Shown here: positions 57,833 to 64,000 of the stretch, piece after piece
How the letters are laid out: every line of letters begins with the position of its first letter
Position numbering within the stretch: the stretch's first letter is position 1
Origin: Candidatus Kapaibacterium sp.
GTDB lineage: Bacteria; Patescibacteriota; Patescibacteriia; UBA9934
Assembly: GCA_044350705.1 (NCBI GenBank)
Contig: JBILHA010000002.1
Span: forward strand, 306,295-370,294
DNA: 64,000 nt
Direction of reading: 5' to 3'
The notes under the pieces: generated by a model
What the model was told of the DNA's origin: nothing
Databases searched by the model: none
What the model saw: the letters and a program-made list of their open reading frames with translations, nothing else
Made by a program: the position numbers and the translations under genes

Positions 57833-60460
57833 ATGGAAGCTCAAAAAACCTTTATTGTTCTTGATGGAAATGCCCTTTTGCATCGCGCATGGCATGCTAT
57901 TCCGCCTCTTACCACGCGTGATGGAAGAGTGGTGAATGCGGCCTATGGCTTTACGAACGTTGTCGAGAAGATGCTGAACGTCTACAAGCCTGATTACATG
58001 GCAGTTGCGTGGGATTTGCCTGGCGCGACCTTTCGGCATGAGGCGTATGAAGCGTATAAGGCTCAACGTGAAAAGAAAGCGGATGAGCTCTATGAACAGA
58101 TTCCGATCATTCAAGAAATTCTTGCAGCCTACGGGATTCCTTCCTTGAGTGCTCCAGGATATGAGGCTGATGATGTTATTGGCACTCTTGCAAAGATGAA
58201 CGATGAGGAAGGAGGGATTGATACGCTTATTGTGACGGGAGATCGTGATGCGTTGCAGCTCGTGAATGAAACGACGAAGGTATTGTTTTTTGTAAAAGGA
58301 CTTTCTGAAGTGAAATTGTTTGATGCGGCTGCGGTTGAAGAAAAGTACGGCGTTACTCCGCTTGAGCTTATTGAAGTGAAGGCGCTTATGGGTGACTCTT
58401 CTGATAATTTGCCGGGTGTTCCGGGCATTGGGGAGAAGAGTGCGGTAGAGCTTGTTAAGCAGTTTGGGGGTGTTGCGGGTATTTTACAGGCGCTCAAGAA
58501 GGGTGAGATGCCCGATAAATACGCAAAGAAATTTGTTGGTCATGAAAATACGGCTGAACAGATGCGCATGCTTGTAGAAATTGCTCGGACGATTCCTCTT
58601 CCTGAGTTTCAACGTCAAGCATGTGCAATGCGTGGGCCGGATGAAACGCGCTTGCGCGCGCTTTTTACTGATCTCGAGTTTTCTTCTTTGCTTAAAAAAT
58701 ACGGTGGTGCTTCTTCCTCCTCCTCTGTTCCTCTTGCTGCAACAAAAGAGAAAAAGCGTACGAAGAAGAAGGATTCTCCTCCTGGGGGAACGCATGTTGC
58801 TACACCTGGCGGTGTCATTGGAGAGTGGATTGGTGTGCTTGTGACTACCAAGCAGCCAGACATGTTTGGCGCTTCTGTGGCGTCTGTGGTTCTTTCTGAT
58901 GGCAAGCGTTTGTGGAAAGCGGAACATCCCGACAAGGCTGTCTTAGAAGAGGTTGCACGGGCGCTTTTTAGCGCAAAATGGATTGTGACCCATGGCGCAA
59001 AGAATATTTTGCATGCGTTTGCTGATATGGGAGTCACGCTTTCCGGAGCATTTTCTTCTCGTCAACTTTATGACGCGGAGGTTATTGCCTACATGTTTAA
59101 TTCGAGCGCCCGAGAGTTTCCTTTGGAGAGTGTGGTGCATGACGTGCTTGAGAAAGATGTGAAAGGTGAAGAAGAGCTTGCGCTTGTTTTGCCTGAACTT
59201 GCTGAGGGGCTTCGTAAGAGATTGGAGGAAGTAGGCATGGAAAAGCTTTACCGGGAGGTAGAAATGCCGCTTATTTCCGTATTGTTTTCCATGGAGCATG
59301 AAGGTATTTGTGTCGATAAGAAGATGCTCTCTGGTCTCGCCAAGACGTTTGGTGAAAAAGTACAGTTACTTACAAAAGAAATTTGTTCTCTTGCAGGAGA
59401 AGATTTTAATGTGAACTCCCCTTCCCAATTGGCGACGATTCTTTTTGAGAAACTACAATTGCCGACGAAGGGTATTAAGAAAACGAAATCGGGATATTCT
59501 ACTGCGGCACCGGAACTTGAGAAGCTATGGGACGCCCATAAGATCGTTCCGCTCATTGAAGAGTATCGAGAGGTTGCCAAGCTTAAATCCACGTATGCAG
59601 ATACGCTTCCTGAACTTGTCGGTCCTGATGGACGTATTCATTCACGGTTCAACCAGACGGTTGCGGCAACGGGGAGATTGTCTTCATCAAACCCGAATTT
59701 GCAGAACATTCCTATTCGTACTGATTTGGGAAAGAAGATCCGTTATGCGTTTGTTGCAAAAGAGGATCACGTTCTTCTCTCCGCTGACTATTCGCAGATT
59801 GAGCTTCGTTTAGCTGCGGAACTTGCGCATGACGACTCATTTGTTCGTGCTTTTAAGGATGGAGCTGATATTCATCGAAGAACTGCTGCGGAAGTATGGA
59901 ATATTTCTGAAGAGGAGGTGACAAAGGAGCAGCGTGCCGCAGCAAAGGCGATTAACTTTAGTATTTTGTATGGTGTAGGCCCTCGTGCGCTTGCACGATC
60001 TACGGGCATGCATTTTGAAGAAGCGCGAGAATTCATTGCACGATATTTCGCGGTGCATCCAGGGATCCAAGCGTATATCGATGCCATGAAGTTACAGGCG
60101 CGGTCGCAGGGGTATGTACAAACGCTCTTTGGACGCCGACGTTATCTTCCTGATATTACTTCCGGCGTTCCTCAGCTTGTTGCTGCGGCTGAGCGCATGG
60201 CTATGAATATGCCTATTCAAGGGACGCAGGCGGATATTATTAAAATGGCCATGATTACGCTTTCCTCTTCCCTGGAGAAGTCTGATCTTCGAGCAAAGCT
60301 TTTGCTTCAGGTGCATGACGAACTCATTTTTGAGGTGCATGAAGAAGACGTGCAAGAAGTGGAGAAGCTCGTTCGAGAGAAAATGGTAAGCGTAGCGACT
60401 TTTAAGGTGCCTTTGGTGGTAGATGTGGCGACGGGAAAATCATGGGGAGATATTGTGTAG
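57833..60460 (+). CDS. polA: DNA polymerase I
   Basis: 5'-3' exonuclease (EADD, GD.SDN), TGRLSS..PNLQNIP, DYSQIELR, QVHDEL. Confidence 0.98.
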   Translation: MEAQKTFIVLDGNALLHRAWHAIPPLTTRDGRVVNAAYGFTNVVEKMLNVYKPDYMAVAWDLPGATFRHEAYEAYKAQREKKADELYEQIPIIQEILAAYGIPSLSAPGYEADDVIGTLAKMNDEEGGIDTLIVTGDRDALQLVNETTKVLFFVKGLSEVKLFDAAAVEEKYGVTPLELIEVKALMGDSSDNLPGVPGIGEKSAVELVKQFGGVAGILQALKKGEMPDKYAKKFVGHENTAEQMRMLVEIARTIPLPEFQRQACAMRGPDETRLRALFTDLEFSSLLKKYGGASSSSSVPLAATKEKKRTKKKDSPPGGTHVATPGGVIGEWIGVLVTTKQPDMFGASVASVVLSDGKRLWKAEHPDKAVLEEVARALFSAKWIVTHGAKNILHAFADMGVTLSGAFSSRQLYDAEVIAYMFNSSAREFPLESVVHDVLEKDVKGEEELALVLPELAEGLRKRLEEVGMEKLYREVEMPLISVLFSMEHEGICVDKKMLSGLAKTFGEKVQLLTKEICSLAGEDFNVNSPSQLATILFEKLQLPTKGIKKTKSGYSTAAPELEKLWDAHKIVPLIEEYREVAKLKSTYADTLPELVGPDGRIHSRFNQTVAATGRLSSSNPNLQNIPIRTDLGKKIRYAFVAKEDHVLLSADYSQIELRLAAELAHDDSFVRAFKDGADIHRRTAAEVWNISEEEVTKEQRAAAKAINFSILYGVGPRALARSTGMHFEEAREFIARYFAVHPGIQAYIDAMKLQARSQGYVQTLFGRRRYLPDITSGVPQLVAAAERMAMNMPIQGTQADIIKMAMITLSSSLEKSDLRAKLLLQVHDELIFEVHEEDVQEVEKLVREKMVSVATFKVPLVVDVATGKSWGDIV

Positions 60461-60562
60461 AAAAAAAGCTCCGAAGAAATTCGGAGCTTTTTCGTCTTCT
60501 TTCGTTCACGTCTGGATTCCCGATATTCCTCCTCTGGGAGAAGTTTGATACCCTGAGAGCGT

Positions 60563-61549
60563 ATGTTTTTGGCTGTTTATGGAGAGGATGCATTGCGCGT
60601 TCGTGAACTTTCGGATGATCTTTTGGAGAAGTTTGTTGCAAAATATGATCCTTCACGTTTGAATGTTGAGATTTTTGATTTTTCTACAACTTCTCAGGAA
60701 ACACTGGTTCCTGCGCTTCAGGCAGCGCCTTTTCTTTCGGAAAAGCGATTTCTTTTTCTCAAAAATGTTGCGGATACCCTTAAGAAAGCTGATGCGTCTT
60801 TTTGGCTGGAGCTCTTTGAAGCTCTCGATCCTCATACGTCTTTGTGTTTTGTCGATGTACTTGATGAGAAGGCTTGGAAGAAGAGTTATTTGGGAGTATG
60901 GCTTGCGAAAAAGTCCTCTGAAGAAGTGAAGTACTTTTCTATTACTCCTTTTTCTCGGTCTGAAGCTGTTTCTTGGATTCGTGCACGTGCTCAGCGATTT
61001 ACCGTGTCTCTTTCGGAATCTGCTGCGACGTTTCTTTTTGCTCGCGTGGGCGGAGAAAGTCAGGAGCTTGCCGTGGAGATCCATAAACTCGCTTCTTATG
61101 CTGGAGATCAGCCAATTACGGAAGAAATGATTGAGAAACTTGTTCCTTTGCGTACTTCGTCTGATTTTTTTGGATTTCTTGATCTTCTTCCTACTGCAGA
61201 GCCGGATCGCTTGTTACGCGCCTTGGCTCAAGAGACGCAGGCGGGTACGGATGCGTTTGGTCTCTTTGGTGGTCTTTTACGGCAGCTCCGTATTTTAGCG
61301 GGGGTTTCGTTGCTTCTTGAGCAGGGCATTGCTTCCCAGAAGGAGGTTGCTGATACCCTCGGAGTACACCCTTTTGTTGCACAAAAAGCACTTCAGGGGG
61401 CACGGGCATTTTCTCCCCTTGCCCTTCGAGAGGCTTTGGAAAAGGCGACTTTTTGGGATAAACAGACGAAATTAGGGGTTTCTGCAGAAGTACTTGTTGC
61501 TCGTCTTCTTGAGGAACTTCTTTTTGCTCGTGTGAAGCCGCTTCCTTGA
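60563..61549 (+). CDS. holA: DNA polymerase III delta subunit
   Basis: YGED, PFLSEKR, EIHKLASY, HPFVAQK; next to rpsT. Confidence 0.9.
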   Translation: MFLAVYGEDALRVRELSDDLLEKFVAKYDPSRLNVEIFDFSTTSQETLVPALQAAPFLSEKRFLFLKNVADTLKKADASFWLELFEALDPHTSLCFVDVLDEKAWKKSYLGVWLAKKSSEEVKYFSITPFSRSEAVSWIRARAQRFTVSLSESAATFLFARVGGESQELAVEIHKLASYAGDQPITEEMIEKLVPLRTSSDFFGFLDLLPTAEPDRLLRALAQETQAGTDAFGLFGGLLRQLRILAGVSLLLEQGIASQKEVADTLGVHPFVAQKALQGARAFSPLALREALEKATFWDKQTKLGVSAEVLVARLLEELLFARVKPLP

Positions 61550-61588
61550 CGGGGTAATTGAATTTGGCTATCCTTTCAGCACTTTTCT

Positions 61589-61855
61589 ATGCCAAACTTG
61601 AAGAACGCCAAAAAGGCACTTCGCCAGAGCGTTGTACGTGCAGAGCGTAATACCGCCATTCGCGAGCACATTGACTATGTGCGTCGTAGTTTCCGCAAGC
61701 TTCTTGAAGCAAAGAAGTTTGATGAAGCACATAAGCTGATGAGTGAGCTTACCCAGTCTCTTGATAAGGCAGTTACGAAGAAGGTGATGAAACTCAACAC
61801 CGTATCTCGCATCAAGAGCCGTGCCATGAGCAAGCTCAATACGCTTTCGAAGTAA
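61589..61855 (+). CDS. rpsT: 30S ribosomal protein S20
   Basis: NAKKALRQS, LDKA..K...N..SRIKSR; TTGACG-17-TATCCT promoter. Confidence 0.95.
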   Translation: MPNLKNAKKALRQSVVRAERNTAIREHIDYVRRSFRKLLEAKKFDEAHKLMSELTQSLDKAVTKKVMKLNTVSRIKSRAMSKLNTLSK

Positions 61856-61889
61856 ATAAAAATCCCCCGCTTTTGCGAGGGTTTTTTAT

Positions 61890-63029
61890 TTACTCGAGAA
61901 CTTCTGGCTTTGTCACCTTTTGCATTTCTATGAGATCCCCTACTTCTCCCGCGGTTATTTTTACAATGTCCTTAGAGAGCTTTCTTAGTTCCTCCGAAGA
62001 TTGATTAAACTGATTTACCGTTGTGCTTAGATTCTTCCCCATCCGATCATGAAAGTCTGCAAATGCGGTAAAGTGACGATGAAGTTCTTTTACTCGTTTT
62101 TTGATTTCTTCTGCGTTTTTTTCTATTTTCATGGCATTTAATGCTTGGAGAATGGTTTGTAAGTATGCCAGGAAATTTGTTGGAGATACGATAATAACTC
62201 GATACTTCCCCGCTGCTCGTTGGAGGATATTTTCGCTTTCCTCTCCTCCTAAAGAGCCAATTTTGTTTGTCAGGAGATCATAATAAAGCGCTTCGTGGGG
62301 AATGAACATGAATGCAAAATCAGTAGTACCTTGGTTGGGTTGAATGTATTTTGCAGTTTCCTGTATTCGTCCCTTGAGGTCGCTAATAAAAAGCTTTTCG
62401 AATTTGCTGCGTTCATCATCCGTACCTGCTTCTACACATCGGTTATAGTTTTCTAAGGTGAATTTGGAGTCAATTGGGATTATTTTTTCGTTTACAAAGA
62501 CCACGGCGTCAGCAATAGTTGTATCGGGGAATGCATACTGCATTTTGAAAGACTCCGGGGGGAGCGTATTTCCAAGGAGGGATTCGAGGTAAAATTCTCC
62601 TAAAATGCCTCTTTGTTTTGGGTTTTTTAGGATATCCTGCATTTTTTGTAGCTGCGAGGAGAAGTCCAGTACTTGTTTGTTTGTGCTATCGAGTGTGGTA
62701 AGGCGTTGGGTGACATCTTCGATAAGTTTGCTTGTTTGAGAAAATTGCGTCTGCATCGATCGATGCGATTCCGATAGCCCTCTTCCTACTTGTTCGTTCA
62801 TTTGATGAAGAGATTGCGCGATTTCTTTTCGTGCTTCTGTTTGCAGTTGGTAGAGTTCTTGTCGTTGTTCTCCTGAAAGGCGCTTTAAATCGCTCATTTC
62901 TTGTTTTAATAGATCCAGTGCGCCTTTGAGTTCATGTGATTGCCCCGTTTCTTTTCGGCTTATGAAGAAGAGTAGTATTCCTATGAGTGAAATTACCACG
63001 ACTACTAATGCGATAATGAGAGGATCCAT
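61890..63029 (-). CDS. rmuC: DNA recombination protein RmuC
   Basis: PKQRGILGE, IDSKF, TTDFAFMFIP.E, VSPT. Confidence 0.95.
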   Translation of the reverse strand: MDPLIIALVVVVISLIGILLFFISRKETGQSHELKGALDLLKQEMSDLKRLSGEQRQELYQLQTEARKEIAQSLHQMNEQVGRGLSESHRSMQTQFSQTSKLIEDVTQRLTTLDSTNKQVLDFSSQLQKMQDILKNPKQRGILGEFYLESLLGNTLPPESFKMQYAFPDTTIADAVVFVNEKIIPIDSKFTLENYNRCVEAGTDDERSKFEKLFISDLKGRIQETAKYIQPNQGTTDFAFMFIPHEALYYDLLTNKIGSLGGEESENILQRAAGKYRVIIVSPTNFLAYLQTILQALNAMKIEKNAEEIKKRVKELHRHFTAFADFHDRMGKNLSTTVNQFNQSSEELRKLSKDIVKITAGEVGDLIEMQKVTKPEVLE

Positions 63030-63152
63030 AAGGTGAGTTGACCGTGATAGTTACGTTATTTATACTTTATCCGTCTTCATTTGGAAGGGCGTTGTAGGCA
63101 GTATAGCATTCTACGCGAACAATTACCGAACATTGTGTATAGTGTATACAAA

Positions 63153-63589
63153 TGTTTCACGTGAAACATTTGTATAGATTCATGTGAAACATTCTGTCCC
63201 CATAGTTCAATTGGATAGAACGTGGGCGTCCTAAGCCTGTAATCCTGGTTCAAATCCGGGTGGGGACACCATTGCTTCATGTGAAACGCCTTTCGGGCCT
63301 TTGGCTCGGTTGGCATCGTGTTGTATTCGCTTGGGGTGGGTTCACGGTTCTCGTCTGTTTGACTCCACTCTGATTCAGATCACCTCCCGATATATGCGGA
63401 GGTGTTTTTAGTATTTGTGGATAATTTTCTCCCTTAAAAAGGCTCATGTTTCATACGGAACATATGAGTGTTTTGTTTTGCAAATTGTGTATAACTTTTG
63501 GATTGTTTTTTTGCATTTTCTTTAGCTTCTTCATTTTTCTGCTAATATTAGGTAATTTTTACTTTCTTTTAAAAGTTTCACGTGAAACA
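63153..63589. other. parS cluster (five sites)
   Basis: Perfect TGTTTCACGTGAAACA at 63153-63168; 1 mismatch at 63574-63589; degenerate copies at 63176, 63273 and 63447. Confidence 0.88.
63196..63271 (+). tRNA. tRNA-Arg(CCT)
   Basis: GTCCCCA...TGGGGAC-A-CCA; TGGGC-GTCCTAA-GCCTG. Confidence 0.92.
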
Positions 63590-63685
63590 TATATGTGGAT
63601 AAGATGTGAATATCTTTGTGCATAATTTGTGTAGAAACAATATGTCAAGATTTGCTTTGACAAACTTATCCTCAGCGTATCCACA
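63416..63685. promoter_or_regulatory. secondary DnaA-box cluster
   Basis: TGTGGATAA at 63416 and 63594, TGTGTATAA at 63486, TGTGCATAA at 63617, TTATCCTCA at 63666, GTATCCACA at 63677. Confidence 0.8.
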
Positions 63686-63716
63686 TCGTGTTTTTTGCGA
63701 TATATACTGTTGAGAC

Positions 63717-64000
63717 ATGATCTCTGACTTTGCTGAGAGTTTTTTTTCCTTATGTAAAAAGAGCCTTTTGCTCGTTTTTATTGTTTCTTTCTTTTTTTCT
63801 GGACATACGGCTTTTGCAGAAATGTCCTCAACAAATTACTTATTGCAGTGGGATGCGGTATCTGTAGGCGGCCTGGATTCTCAATCATCCTCCGGCTATC
63901 AACTGCGTTCCACCTTTGACATGGGCGTTTCTTCGGATGTTTTAGGTTCCTCCTCGTACCGTCTCGACGGAGGTTATCGGGGTGGTATTTTTGATCCCGT
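63717..64000 (+). CDS. secreted protein, truncated by the window end
   Basis: Manual translation: signal peptide ending ...TAFA then EMSSTNYLLQWDAVSVGG..SSSGYQL; TATACT 8 nt before ATG. Confidence 0.75.
   Translation, partial: MISDFAESFFSLCKKSLLLVFIVSFFFSGHTAFAEMSSTNYLLQWDAVSVGGLDSQSSSGYQLRSTFDMGVSSDVLGSSSYRLDGGYRGGIFDP

Noticed and set aside
63416-63685. Primary oriC at 63.5 kb
   Set aside because: The strand-composition switch and the canonical box layout are at dnaA-dnaN; kept only as a secondary cluster.
1-64000. Alternative genetic code (TGA=Gly)
   Set aside because: Conserved genes are full length under code 11, and TGA ends genes at the expected positions (holA, galU).

Overview
This is a 64-kb chromosomal segment of a Patescibacteria/CPR bacterium. 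An ABY1-type lineage such as Uhrbacteria is plausible, but that is inferred from gene content only. The genetic code is standard (table 11). The window contains the replication origin (dnaN-oriC-dnaA-rpmH-rnpA-yidD, with a visible C-rich to G-rich strand switch), housekeeping genes (ruvB, tig, pnp, rpsO, polA, holA, rpsT, nfo, galU), six tRNAs, envelope genes, a six-gene TrbC/VirB2-like pilin array and a small Fe-S/redox cluster. The most unusual region is 7.95-11.95 kb. It holds three very GC-rich, Shine-Dalgarno-led orphan genes for secreted or membrane proteins, in a genome whose other genes mostly lack an SD. They are driven by two near-identical back-to-back AT-rich promoters, both leaders share a hairpin plus boxA-like motif, each gene ends in a long 3' stem-loop, and the block abuts the pilin array. 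Other notable signals are a 111-bp palindromic element directly upstream of two tRNA genes, a parS cluster interleaved with a second DnaA-box cluster about 25 kb from oriC, two candidate structured ncRNAs, and a radical SAM enzyme with atypical CX8CX2C spacing. All calls were made by eye, with no database searches or folding software.
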